Of a stretch of 64,000 bases of DNA, positions 47,946 through 57,699 are shown piece after piece (the stretch's first letter is position 1; every line of letters begins with the position of its first letter). The notes beneath the pieces are model-generated. The model was not told the origin of the DNA. It ran no database searches and saw only the letters and a list, made by a program, of their open reading frames with translations. A program made the translations under genes and the position numbers. This stretch comes from Longimicrobiales bacterium. Lineage in GTDB: Bacteria; Gemmatimonadota; Gemmatimonadetes; Longimicrobiales; Gaopeijiaceae. Where the stretch lies: the NCBI GenBank assembly GCA_041690395.1, contig JAWLHJ010000001.1, forward strand, positions 288,001-352,000. The letters are read 5' to 3'.

Positions 47946-48353
47946 ATGCGCACCTTCATCCTCGGCCGCGTCGCCTTGCTCGCAACCTTCGTCGTCGTCG
48001 GCACCGCCGGCTGCGCCGCGACCGCGGGCCCATGGAAGGCGCACGACGTCACCCACGACCTGAAACGGAACGCCTCGGATCCGACGGCGCGCTGTCCCGT
48101 CGTGTTCTCGAACGACACTGGCGCGTTGATCGAGGCCGGGTACTTCTCCCAGGGCGTCGAGTCGTCGGTCGGCATGATCCCGTCCGGGCACAGCCTCGAG
48201 GTCGCGGTCTCGTGCCGTGACGAGCGCATCGAAGCGTTCGCCGTCGCGGACCAGGGCCTGGTCGGCGGGACGGCCAGGTACCGCAAGGCGGCGCGCCTGA
48301 ACCTCGCACAGGTCACCCACCTCGACATCACGGCCGCCGATCGCGTTCGCTGA
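47946..48353 (+). CDS. hypothetical lipoprotein
   Basis: GGGAGG RBS; lipobox TAGC; two further Cys residues. Confidence 0.7.
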   Translation: MRTFILGRVALLATFVVVGTAGCAATAGPWKAHDVTHDLKRNASDPTARCPVVFSNDTGALIEAGYFSQGVESSVGMIPSGHSLEVAVSCRDERIEAFAVADQGLVGGTARYRKAARLNLAQVTHLDITAADRVR

Positions 48354-48438
48354 GTCAGGGCGGTCGGCCTGGCAGACGCGCCCGCGCCTCCCTCCCACCT
48401 TCCTCGACAGCGTTGGTGGGCGGCTCTCGCGAGTTCGA

Positions 48439-48576
48439 AAGTCGTTCGAAAGTCGAACGACTTGGAGAGGGGATCGAGAGGCGAAGCCCGAGAGGATCTC
48501 CGCGCCACACCGGGCCTTCAGAGCCCACGGCATCCTACGCGTGACGGAAACGATGGTTCGAAGATCGAACGACTTG
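48439..48576. promoter_or_regulatory. two copies of GTTCGA-N3-TCGAACGACTTG (candidate operators)
   Basis: Perfect 11-3-11 palindrome at 48439-48463; second core at 48556-48576; intergenic. Confidence 0.5.
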
Positions 48577-48694
48577 CGAGGAGGCGGAACGAGAAGTCAC
48601 GCGCCATGGGATGCGCACCACGAATCCGATCTTCTTACCTTGAGGGCTGCCCAGCCCGCCGCCATCCAGACCGAAGACGCGAAGGTCGAGATCG

Positions 48695-50032
48695 TTGAGA
48701 GCCGAGATACCCCACGCGCGAGACGCGCGAGCCGTCGCCGTCCCGTTCGTCCTCATGCTATGCCTCGTCCTTCCGACGGCGGCCACGGCGCAGCTTCCCG
48801 CCGGCTTCACCAACGGGAGTATCGATCGCCCGGCCGTGTTCCTCGACTGCCAGTCCGGTCCGAACTGCAACGAGTCGCAGTTCCGCACCGAGATCACCTT
48901 CGTGAACTGGGCGCGCGACCGGGCCGACAGCGACGTGCACATCATCTTCACGAGCCAGGGGATGGGCGGCGGGAACCGACGGTACACCCTGGACTTCGTG
49001 GGACGCGGACGCTTCGAAGGGCTGGATGACGCCCTCACGTTCCAGTCCAGCGGTCAGGACGTGCAGGCCGAGACCATGGACGGCTTGGCGCGTACACTGC
49101 GCATCGGTCTGCTGCGGTACGCCGTGGCCGTCGGCCTCGGACCGGAGATGGACGTTCGCTTCTCGGGCGACGCCGCCCGCGTTTCCGGCGAGGACGACGA
49201 CGCGGAGGACGCGTTCTACGATCCGTGGAACTCCTGGACGTTCCGCGTGGCCGTCTCCGGCGATCTGGATCTCCGCGAGACCGAGTCGTCGACGCGCCTC
49301 AACCCCCAGTTCAACGCGGACCGGGTCACGGAAGATTGGAAGCTGAATCTGGGGAGCCGGATCGACCTGCGCCGCCAGCGCCGTGACCTCGCCGACGGCC
49401 GCGAGGTGCGCGACGACCGCAACGACTGGAGCCTTACCGCCCTCGCCGTCCGTACGGTGGGTCCGCACATGGGAATCGGGGTCGACACCGATTTCCGGAA
49501 CTCCGTGCGGCGGAACCAGAATGCCCGTGTGCGGATCAGTCCTGCGGTGGAATACAACTACTACCCCTACGCGGAAGCGACGCGGCGCCAGTTCATCGCG
49601 CACTACTCGGTGGGGGTCGAGCACTCCAGCTACATCGAGCCGACGATCTTCGGCGTCGAAGAGGAGACGCTGCCGGTGCACCGCGTGGGCGTGCAGTACC
49701 GGGCGCGGGAGGAATGGGGCAATGCCGGTCTCGGGATCGACGCGAACCAGTACCTGCACGACGGCGGGGAGTTCTACAGCTTCGGCGTGAGCGGCGACCT
49801 GAGCTACCGGATTCTCAGGGGGCTCGAGCTGAACTTCTCGGCGGGGGCCTCACGTGTGAACGACAACATCCACACCCCGGCGGGCGAGATCTCGGACGAG
49901 GACATCCTGCTCGGTCGCCAGAGCCTGCCTTCCGGATACCAGTACGACGCGTCGTTGGGGCTCAGCTACCGGTGGGGATCGTCGTTCGCCAACATCGTGA
50001 ACAACCGGTTCCCACGGTCGGTGCGGTGGTAG
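48695..50032 (+). CDS. hypothetical outer-membrane beta-barrel-like protein
   Basis: Signal peptide; VFLDC...C...ITFVNWARDR N-domain; DPWNSW; alternating beta-strand pattern; YRWGS..NIVN.RF C-terminus. Start uncertain. Confidence 0.75.
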   Translation: MRAEIPHARDARAVAVPFVLMLCLVLPTAATAQLPAGFTNGSIDRPAVFLDCQSGPNCNESQFRTEITFVNWARDRADSDVHIIFTSQGMGGGNRRYTLDFVGRGRFEGLDDALTFQSSGQDVQAETMDGLARTLRIGLLRYAVAVGLGPEMDVRFSGDAARVSGEDDDAEDAFYDPWNSWTFRVAVSGDLDLRETESSTRLNPQFNADRVTEDWKLNLGSRIDLRRQRRDLADGREVRDDRNDWSLTALAVRTVGPHMGIGVDTDFRNSVRRNQNARVRISPAVEYNYYPYAEATRRQFIAHYSVGVEHSSYIEPTIFGVEEETLPVHRVGVQYRAREEWGNAGLGIDANQYLHDGGEFYSFGVSGDLSYRILRGLELNFSAGASRVNDNIHTPAGEISDEDILLGRQSLPSGYQYDASLGLSYRWGSSFANIVNNRFPRSVRW

Positions 50033-50035
50033 GGC

Positions 50036-51022
50036 TCAGCCGCGCCTGATGCGGTCGGCCACGACCAACGCGCCATGCTCGCGGCCGTTCTCGATGAAGA
50101 TCTTGTTGGCATCATTACCGGCCGCTATGACGCCGGCGATATAGAGACCGGGGACGTTCGTCTCCATCGTCGCGGGATCGTGCGTGGGGATTCCGGTCGC
50201 CTCGTCGACGTCGACGCCCAGCTTGCGGAGCGGCTCATGGTCGGCCCGCCATCCGGTCATCGCCACGACGAAGTCGTTCGGAATCGTGGTCTCCTCGCCC
50301 GTGTCCTCGGAGCGGAGCACGACCGAGCGCGGCCGGATCTCGGCCACCCGGTGCCGCCAGAAGGGGGTGATCTCGCCCCGCTCCAGCCGGTTCGTGATGT
50401 CCGGCACGACCCACGGCTTCACGCCCCGGTCGATCTCGTCGAGGAAGTGCACGAGCGAGACCCGGACGCCGTTCCGGTACATCTCCAGCGCCGACTCGAC
50501 CGCCGAATTACCCGCGCCGACCACGAGCACGTCCTGGTCGTAGTACGGGTAGGGCTCGTGATAGTAGTGGTGGACCTTGTCCAGCTCTTCGCCGGGCACG
50601 TCGAGCAGATTGGCGCGGTGGAAGCCGCCCGTGGCGACGACGACCGCGTCGGCGTCGTAGTCGTGCTCTTCGCCGTCGCGGGTGCGCGTCCGGACCCGGT
50701 ATGCACCCTCCCGGCCCGAGATCTCCACGACGGTCTCGTACTGGTGGACATCGATGCCCCAGTGCTCCACGACCCGTCGATAGTAGGCGAGAGCCTCGCG
50801 CCGTGTCGGTTTGGGGTCGGGGATCGTGAAGGGGACGTTACCGACCTCGAGCATGACCGCGGTGCTGAAGAAGGTCATGTAGTAGGGGTAGTCGAGGAGG
50901 GAGTTGGCGACACACCCCTTGTCGAACAGGACGCACGAGAGCCCCTCGGCCTCCGCGGCCGCGCCCACTGCGACGCCGCACGGCCCCGCGCCCACCACGA
51001 TCAGATCCAGACGGTTCGACAT
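50036..51022 (-). CDS. ypdA: YpdA-family putative bacillithiol disulfide reductase
   Basis: VGAGPCG, YPYYMTFFST, KPTRREALAYY, GAGNSAVE, VKPWV.PD and IFIENGREH motifs; no TrxR CxxC. Confidence 0.9.
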   Translation of the reverse strand: MSNRLDLIVVGAGPCGVAVGAAAEAEGLSCVLFDKGCVANSLLDYPYYMTFFSTAVMLEVGNVPFTIPDPKPTRREALAYYRRVVEHWGIDVHQYETVVEISGREGAYRVRTRTRDGEEHDYDADAVVVATGGFHRANLLDVPGEELDKVHHYYHEPYPYYDQDVLVVGAGNSAVESALEMYRNGVRVSLVHFLDEIDRGVKPWVVPDITNRLERGEITPFWRHRVAEIRPRSVVLRSEDTGEETTIPNDFVVAMTGWRADHEPLRKLGVDVDEATGIPTHDPATMETNVPGLYIAGVIAAGNDANKIFIENGREHGALVVADRIRRG

Positions 51023-51128
51023 GGCCGACGCGTAACCCCATGGTCCGGGTCTGTTCCGTCATTGCCCGTTCCCGCCCCTTCGCCCAGACTCACGCGATAC
51101 GCTTCGCTCCTCCACCGACCTGACCAGC

Positions 51129-51386
51129 ATGAGCACAGCCGAATCCGAAGCGAGAAAGGCGTTGAACCGCCTGCGGCGCGCCGCCGAGAAAGCCGAGCGC
51201 GAGCTGGAGTCGCTACGCGGCGCCTTGCGGCACGCCGAGGGCGACGACTTTCCGGTCGACCGGTACGAGGCGCTCGAGAGTCACGTAAGAGCGGTCGTCG
51301 ACTTCACCGACGAGGAAGGCGAGCGCCTTCGCGAGAAGGTGCTGCACGCCGGCGGGCTGGAACCGGGGCGCGTGCGCCGCGGGTAG
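51129..51386 (+). CDS. small helical hypothetical protein
   Basis: 85-aa ORF filling the gap between two minus-strand genes; coiled-coil-like composition. Confidence 0.7.
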   Translation: MSTAESEARKALNRLRRAAEKAERELESLRGALRHAEGDDFPVDRYEALESHVRAVVDFTDEEGERLREKVLHAGGLEPGRVRRG

Positions 51387-51420
51387 CGGGCCGCACCGCA
51401 CCCCCTTCTTCGGCGACCTG

Positions 51421-53703
51421 CTAGAAGCGGTACGTATAGGACACCTTCACCGAACCGCCGCGCGAGAGCGTGATCAGGTCCGGGTTGTCCAGCAGTCCCG
51501 TCCCCATGTTCCGCCAGTTCTGCGTGTACACGAGATACAGGTCGCTTCCCGGCGTCACGATCCAGCGCAGCCGCGTGAAGAGACCCACGATCTCGGTCTG
51601 GTTGTCGTACTGGAACTGCGTCGTGGCACTCACCCACGGCGAGGGGTTCCACTGCCCCTCGAGCTCGTAGAGGTCGGCGGTGAACGAGCCTTGCGGCAGG
51701 GTCACGTCGGTGCGCTCGAAGTTCGTTGAAACGCTCACGCCAGGGGTGGGCCGCAGCGTGATCCGTCCGTTGTAGCCGAGCCGGTCGCCGTTCCAGAAGC
51801 CGCCCCAGTTCAGCCCGCCCCAGAAGCTGACCATGCGTCGGCCCGCGGTGCGGCCGAAGATGCTGTTCCGCCAGGTGACGTATCCCCCGGGCGCGATCGG
51901 GACCTCGAAGAGATCGAAGCCGTTCTCGAGGAACTCGTAGGTGCGCTCGACCTGGAAATTGAAGCCGTCGCCGCTCTCGAAGTCGAAGCTGACGGGCTGG
52001 AACTCCCAGACGCGCTCCTCGAGGAGCCCCGTGCCGAGCTGCGTCAGGTTCCGGAACTGGACGGAGAAGTCCATCTGCCGGATCCACTCGAAGCGCTCCG
52101 GCCGGAGCGTGTACTGGATGCGGGGCTCCACGCGCCGGAAGTTGTTCCGGTTCACGAACCCGACCTCGGGCTCGTACGCCTCGCCGAACTCGCGGTAGGA
52201 GAGGTGCCCGCTCCACTCGGGGTTCGGGAAGTTCAGCCTGAAGCCGCGGGCCGAGAGGTCGCCGAACGAACGGTCGACATTCCGGTCCTGATTGGAGTTC
52301 CAGACGACGAACGCCTCGAGCTCGGCGTTGTTCTCTCCCAGGAAGTTGCGCGAGCTCAGGTCCAGGTCGACTCCCGCCGTGTGCGCGTCCGGGGGAGCGA
52401 AGCCCACGTCGTTCCTGGTCGTGGCGCGACGCGTGTAGATGGCGCCGAACGCCGACTGCTCGAAGACGCGTCGCTTCACCCGCGCCACCGTGAAGTCCTC
52501 ACGGGGGATCGTGGCGGGCACGTCGTCCTCGAGATACGTCTCCCGCCCGGTGCCGATCTGGTAGAAGCCCAGCTCGTAGGGCCCGGCCTGTCCCGTGAGG
52601 CGCGCGCCGTAGTTGATCGGGATCGGGCGGCCTTCGGTGAGCCCGATGCGCCGGGAGAAGAACGGCGAGGGGCCGCTGCTCGACGCGAACGAAAAGACGC
52701 CGGAGCCTTCGAGGAAGAAGTCGCGCTGCTCCGGGAAGCGCTGCGAGAACCGGGTCAGGTTCACCTGGCGCTGGTCGCTCTCCACCTCCGCGAAGTCCGT
52801 GTTCAGGCTGACGGAGGCGCGCAGGCTGGAGGTGACGCTGTAGTTCACGTCCAGCGAGACGTCGCGGGGATAGCTGGTTCCCTCGTCGCCGAGCCCCGGC
52901 TCGGACCGCCATCCCGTCACGACCGACGGGATCGCCTCGAGGCCGATGCCCTGGGACATCCCCTGGAGTCCCTCGAGCCGGCCCGCGAAGACCGGGCTGA
53001 AGAGGCCCTCGCCGCGCCGCCAGCCACGCCAGAGGATCTCCTCGTTCCGCCGCCGGATCGTGCGCTGGAAGTTGATCCCCCAGGTGTCGAGGTTCGGGTT
53101 GAAGTTCAGCGTGCGGAACGGGATCCGGATCTCGGCCGACCACCCGTCGGGGCGCATGGCCGTGCGGGCCTCCCAGATGCCGTCCCAGGCCTTGTTGATG
53201 CCTCCGCCTCCGCCCGGCCCGCGGCCGCCTCCACCACCTCCGGTGATGATCCCGTCGCCCATGAGGCCCGCCGCATTGATCTCGAAGAAGTATCCGGTGC
53301 GGCCGTCGCGGAAGGTGTCGAGAATCCACATGAATCGGTCGTCCGTGCCGAGCCCGGCGTCCCGTTCCCTCTGGTAGGCCAGCACGCCCTCGGGGTCGTC
53401 GTAGACGATGGCGCTGATGTAGAGGTTGTCGGCGTCGTACATCACGCGCACCTCTGTCGGGTACGACGGCGCGGAGCCCTCGACCGGTTCCTGCTGGGTG
53501 AAGTCGGTGATGGGTTGGGCGTCGAACCACGCGTCTTCGGTCACCTGCCCGTCGAGGTCGATCTCGACCGCGTCGGAGATGGGCTCCGCGGTGAGCACGA
53601 CCTCCGTGGCACCTCCGTCCGCGTCCTGGGCCCGGAGGAGGCCGAGAGGCGCCGAAAGCTGGATCAGTGCGAGGAGGGTGGTCGCACGGATGACCGAATT
53701 CAT
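51421..53703 (-). CDS. DUF5916 / CBM9-like outer-membrane protein (third paralog)
   Basis: LDGQVTEDAW, AEIRIPFRTL, WGINF and NTDFAEVESD...FPEQRDFFLEG motifs; C-terminal YTYRF. Confidence 0.87.
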   Translation of the reverse strand: MNSVIRATTLLALIQLSAPLGLLRAQDADGGATEVVLTAEPISDAVEIDLDGQVTEDAWFDAQPITDFTQQEPVEGSAPSYPTEVRVMYDADNLYISAIVYDDPEGVLAYQRERDAGLGTDDRFMWILDTFRDGRTGYFFEINAAGLMGDGIITGGGGGGRGPGGGGGINKAWDGIWEARTAMRPDGWSAEIRIPFRTLNFNPNLDTWGINFQRTIRRRNEEILWRGWRRGEGLFSPVFAGRLEGLQGMSQGIGLEAIPSVVTGWRSEPGLGDEGTSYPRDVSLDVNYSVTSSLRASVSLNTDFAEVESDQRQVNLTRFSQRFPEQRDFFLEGSGVFSFASSSGPSPFFSRRIGLTEGRPIPINYGARLTGQAGPYELGFYQIGTGRETYLEDDVPATIPREDFTVARVKRRVFEQSAFGAIYTRRATTRNDVGFAPPDAHTAGVDLDLSSRNFLGENNAELEAFVVWNSNQDRNVDRSFGDLSARGFRLNFPNPEWSGHLSYREFGEAYEPEVGFVNRNNFRRVEPRIQYTLRPERFEWIRQMDFSVQFRNLTQLGTGLLEERVWEFQPVSFDFESGDGFNFQVERTYEFLENGFDLFEVPIAPGGYVTWRNSIFGRTAGRRMVSFWGGLNWGGFWNGDRLGYNGRITLRPTPGVSVSTNFERTDVTLPQGSFTADLYELEGQWNPSPWVSATTQFQYDNQTEIVGLFTRLRWIVTPGSDLYLVYTQNWRNMGTGLLDNPDLITLSRGGSVKVSYTYRF

Positions 53704-53885
53704 CTATGTCTCCGAAGAGTGCGGCTCCGCCGGGCGACGGGCCGGGATGCGTGTTCCTTGAAGCGCGCGGGCGTGGCCCGGCGTCCGGAGACGGGCGGGC
53801 GAGGCCTGCGGGCATAGACCTGAGTATACATTGACTCGCGAGCCGAGATCCACGTTAGATGGCTTCACGACGACCAGAGAGGGAG

Positions 53886-55001
53886 ATGACGACTCAGGGG
53901 GGCCGGGCCGACGGATTCGAGGGGCTGCGTGACGACCTCGTGGTCGCTTTGGGCGAGGGGTGCGCGCCGGCCTGGCCCGAGCGCCGCTTCGAGACGCTGG
54001 CGCTGCGCGTCTTCCGCTACCAGTTCGAGGCCAACTCCGTCTTCCGCGGCTTCTGCGAGGGGCGCGGCGCGACGCCGGATGCCGTGGCCTCCTGGACGGA
54101 CGTGCCGCCGGTGCCGGTCGCTGCGTTCAAGGCGCTCGATCTCGCCTGCGGTGCGCCCGAGGAGGCCGAAGTGGTCTTCCGGACCAGCGGTACCACGCGC
54201 GGCGGCACGCGCCGTGGCACGCACTACGTCCCGGACGTCTCGCTCTACCGCGCGTCTCTGCTGCCGACGTTCCGGACGTATCTGCTTCCCGATGTCGAGC
54301 GGCTGCGGTTCGTCTCGCTGATCCCCTCGCCGGACCAGGCGCCCGACTCGTCGCTCTCCTTCATGGTCGGCGCGGCGGCCGAGCACTACGCGACCGACGT
54401 CCGGTGGATCGTCGACGCCGAGGGGACCATCGACGCGGCCGGGCTGGACGCGGCCCTCACGGAGGCGCGCGACCTGAACGCCCCCGTGCTTCTGCTCGGG
54501 ACCGCGTTCGCCTTCGTGCACGCGCTCGAGCACGAGGGTCCGGGGCTGGGTGAGCTCCCCGAAGGAAGCCGGATCATGGAGACCGGGGGCTTCAAAGGCC
54601 GCGCGCGGGAGATCCCGAAGAAGGAGCTCTACGCTCGCCTGGTCCGGCGGACCGGGACGCCGCGCCACCGGATCGTGAACGAATACGGGATGACCGAGCT
54701 GCTCTCGCAGCTCTACGAGCCCGTGCTCGAGGAGGGGGTGGCAGCGGCGGGGCGGCACCGACCCCCGCCCTGGCTGCGCGCCCGTGCGCTCGATCCGGTC
54801 ACGCTCGCGCCGCTCCCGGAGGGAGAGGAGGGGCTGCTGGCGTTCTTCGATCTGGCGAACGCCGGGTCCGTGTGCCACGTGCTGACCGAGGACGTCGGGT
54901 CCGTGGTGGGCGGCGACGTCCGACTGGTCGGGCGCGTGGTGGGCGCGGAGCCGCGGGGCTGCTCGCGGGCCATGGACGAGCTGATGTCGGTGGGGCGGTG
55001 A
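53886..55001 (+). CDS. luxE: LuxE-like acyl-protein synthetase
   Basis: FRTSGTT adenylation loop, ETGGFKGR, EYGMTELLSQ, DLAN, TEDVG and C-terminal RGCS (acylated Cys). Confidence 0.85.
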   Translation: MTTQGGRADGFEGLRDDLVVALGEGCAPAWPERRFETLALRVFRYQFEANSVFRGFCEGRGATPDAVASWTDVPPVPVAAFKALDLACGAPEEAEVVFRTSGTTRGGTRRGTHYVPDVSLYRASLLPTFRTYLLPDVERLRFVSLIPSPDQAPDSSLSFMVGAAAEHYATDVRWIVDAEGTIDAAGLDAALTEARDLNAPVLLLGTAFAFVHALEHEGPGLGELPEGSRIMETGGFKGRAREIPKKELYARLVRRTGTPRHRIVNEYGMTELLSQLYEPVLEEGVAAAGRHRPPPWLRARALDPVTLAPLPEGEEGLLAFFDLANAGSVCHVLTEDVGSVVGGDVRLVGRVVGAEPRGCSRAMDELMSVGR

Positions 55002-56464
55002 GCGCTCCGTCCCGCCCCTTCGACGCGTGGGTGCTCCCGTCGTGGATGGATGTGCCCGAGCGCACGCGGACGACCGAGTCGGGCGACGTGCGGCACCCGG
55101 CGCCGGACGCCGAGTGGATCGGAGCGCTCGCGGCCGGGTTGGCGAAGCGGGGGGCCGGCGGGCTGGGGGCGGGCGGGTTGGAGGCGGGCACGACCGGCGA
55201 CACCACCGAGCGGGTCCGGGCGCTGGGCACGGTCGGCGCCCGCTTCCTCGACCCCGACGACCCGCTCCGCCACGAAGCGCTCGCGCTGCTTCCGGCCACC
55301 TCCGGGCTCTCCGAATCGATGGCCCGGGAGGTGCTCGACGGCATGGCCCGGGACTGGCTTCCGGACCGCCTCGAGCGACTCCTGTCGGAGGAGTTCGGCG
55401 ATCCGTCGCCCCTGGACCGGATGGTCGGGCGCGGTGGGCGGGAAGTGATGGCCGTGGCGCCACGGCTCGCGGTCCAGCTGGTCGCCGGAAGCGTTCCGGG
55501 CGTCGGCGCGACCGCCCTGGTCCGGAGCCTCCTGCTCGGGGCACCGACGCTGCTCAAGCCGGGCCTCGGCGACGTCGTCCTTACCGTGCTCTTCGCGCGG
55601 GCGCTCCGCGCCGCGTCGCCCGGGTTGGCCGACCTGCTGGCCGTCGTCTACTGGCCGGGCGGCGAGGAGGAGGTCGAGCGCGCGGCGCTCCGGCCGGCCG
55701 AGGTGGTCGTGTCGTACGGGAGCGACGCGGCGGTGGCGTCCGTCCGCACGCGGGCGCCGATCACGGCGCGCTTCGTCGGATATCATCACAGGGAAGGACT
55801 CGGCGTCGTGGGCGCGGGCGCGCTGACGTCGGAGTCCGCGGCGCGAAAGACCGCCGGGGAGGTCGCACGGGCCGCCGGGCTCTTCGATCAGCGGGGGTGC
55901 GTGTCCACGCGCGTGGTCTACGTGGAAGACGTCGGCTCGGCGGTGACACCGTCCGGCTTCGCGTCGCTCCTGGCCGACGCGCTGGGCGAGCTCGAGGCCG
56001 AGCTACCGGCCGGTGCGCTGGACCGTCTCGAGCGCTCGGCGGTGCACCAGCTCCGCGGGACGGCCGAGATGCTGTCGTCCGGATGGGGGGACGACGCGGA
56101 GGACCGGCCCATGTTGCGACACGGGGGCGCCGCGCCGTGGTCGGTGTTCTACGATCCGTACCGCGCGCTGGAGACCAGCTGCGTCGGACGGGTCGTGGTG
56201 GTGCGGCCGTTCAGAACCCTCGACGAACTCGTCGAGCGGGTGCGGCCCTCGGGTCCCCACCTCCAGACGGTGGGTGTGACCGGACTGGGCGACCGTCTGA
56301 AGAAGGTCGCCGAAGCCCTGGGTCGCATCGGAGTCTCGCGGGTGGCCCCGTTCGCCGCGGTTCCCTTCCCCGAGCCCTGGTGGCATCATGACGGGCGGGG
56401 ACCGCTGGCGGACCTCGTTCGTTGGGTGGATCTCGAACGGGGCGAAGGCGGAATCGATGGCTAG
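54998..56464 (+). CDS. luxC: LuxC-like acyl-CoA reductase
   Basis: ALDH fold: AGSVPG, LLKP, YWPGG, YGSDAAV, catalytic FDQRGC.S, C-terminal WHHDG..PL..LVRW; GTGA overlap with luxE. Confidence 0.85.
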   Translation: MSAPSRPFDAWVLPSWMDVPERTRTTESGDVRHPAPDAEWIGALAAGLAKRGAGGLGAGGLEAGTTGDTTERVRALGTVGARFLDPDDPLRHEALALLPATSGLSESMAREVLDGMARDWLPDRLERLLSEEFGDPSPLDRMVGRGGREVMAVAPRLAVQLVAGSVPGVGATALVRSLLLGAPTLLKPGLGDVVLTVLFARALRAASPGLADLLAVVYWPGGEEEVERAALRPAEVVVSYGSDAAVASVRTRAPITARFVGYHHREGLGVVGAGALTSESAARKTAGEVARAAGLFDQRGCVSTRVVYVEDVGSAVTPSGFASLLADALGELEAELPAGALDRLERSAVHQLRGTAEMLSSGWGDDAEDRPMLRHGGAAPWSVFYDPYRALETSCVGRVVVVRPFRTLDELVERVRPSGPHLQTVGVTGLGDRLKKVAEALGRIGVSRVAPFAAVPFPEPWWHHDGRGPLADLVRWVDLERGEGGIDG

Positions 56465-56473
56465 GCTGCTACA

Positions 56474-56668
56474 CTACTCGTCCTCGGGCTGCTGCTCCGC
56501 TCTCCAGACGACCATCTGCCGTCCACCGCGGGGATTTTCCTCGACCCGGACCGTGAGTGAATCACCCTCGTCGATCCCCAGATCTTCGCGCATGTCCTGG
56601 GGAATCGTGATCCGGCCGCCCACGCCGACGGTGACGTCCGTGTAGTAGAGCGTCCGATAGATTGCCAT
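56474..56668 (-). CDS. AbrB/MazE/SpoVT-family DNA-binding protein
   Basis: VGVGGRITIPQDMREDLGIDEGD signature; GAGGAGG RBS. Confidence 0.88.
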   Translation of the reverse strand: MAIYRTLYYTDVTVGVGGRITIPQDMREDLGIDEGDSLTVRVEENPRGGRQMVVWRAEQQPEDE

Positions 56669-56772
56669 CGAGCCTCCTCGTATTTGCAATAGAGCCGACT
56701 AATGTAAACAAAGTCGGGGGATTCGGGTACGGATCGCCCGCTTTCGCGCGACCCCATCCCTCCGGAGCATCG

Positions 56773-57699
56773 ATGACCGATTCCGAAATCGCCGTTCGCC
56801 TGCAAGGGGTGAGCAAGCGGTTCGGCAATCATAACGCCGTGTCGGACCTGGACTTGGCGGTTCCGCGGGGCTCCATTTACGGGCTTCTCGGCCCGAACGG
56901 CTCCGGCAAGACCACGACCATCCGCATGATCATGGGGATCCTGCACCCGGACGTGGGTACGGTCTCGCTGTTCGGGGGGAAGCCGGACATGGCCCGCCGC
57001 GCGCGCGTCGGCTATCTGCCGGAGGAACGCGGCGTCTACCGGAAGATGCGGGTCCTCGACCTCCTGGTGTTCCTGGCGGAGATCCGCGGGATCCACCGGA
57101 AGACCGCCCGCGAGCGGGCGATGGGCTGGCTCGAACGGCTCGAGCTCGGGGCGTGGGCCGATCGCAGGGTGGAGGACCTGTCGAAGGGGATGCAGCAGAA
57201 GGTGCAGTTCGTCGGCACGGTCATCCACGAGCCGGAGCTCCTCATTCTCGACGAGCCCTTCAGCGGCCTCGACCCCATCAACCAGGACTCGCTGGAGTCG
57301 ATCGTCCGGACGTTGAGCGGGAACGGCATCACGATTCTGCTGTCCACGCACCTCATGGACCAGGCGGAGCGCCTCTGCGAGCGGGTCTGCCTGATCTCCC
57401 GTTCGAGGAAGGTGCTCGACGAGGACCTCCGGACGCTCAGGGCCCGGGAGCGCGAAGGGGTCGTCGCGGTCGAGTTCACCGGCCCCGACGGCTGGCTCGA
57501 GGGTCCGGAGATCGAGGCGTACGAACGGGTCGAGGGCACGCTCCACCTCGTGCTGAGGGACCCGGACGCGCACCAGGCGGTGCTGCGGAGCGCCATGGCG
57601 GCCGGAGCCGAGATCCTCCGCTTCGACCTGGTGCAGCCGCGGCTCCACGAGATCTTCGTCCGGCACGTGGGCGCCGACGGGGGAGCGATGCCGTCATGA
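56773..57699 (+). CDS. ABC-2 transporter ATP-binding subunit (NatA-like)
   Basis: GPNGSGKTT, LSKGMQQK, LDEPFSGLDP and STH motifs. Confidence 0.95.
   Translation: MTDSEIAVRLQGVSKRFGNHNAVSDLDLAVPRGSIYGLLGPNGSGKTTTIRMIMGILHPDVGTVSLFGGKPDMARRARVGYLPEERGVYRKMRVLDLLVFLAEIRGIHRKTARERAMGWLERLELGAWADRRVEDLSKGMQQKVQFVGTVIHEPELLILDEPFSGLDPINQDSLESIVRTLSGNGITILLSTHLMDQAERLCERVCLISRSRKVLDEDLRTLRAREREGVVAVEFTGPDGWLEGPEIEAYERVEGTLHLVLRDPDAHQAVLRSAMAAGAEILRFDLVQPRLHEIFVRHVGADGGAMPS

Noticed and set aside
53886..56464. Bioluminescence operon
   Set aside because: No luxA, luxB, luxD or luxG in the window.
56474..56668. AbrB/MazE gene as a toxin-antitoxin module
   Set aside because: No toxin ORF follows; it converges on luxC within 10 bp. 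More likely a stand-alone regulator.
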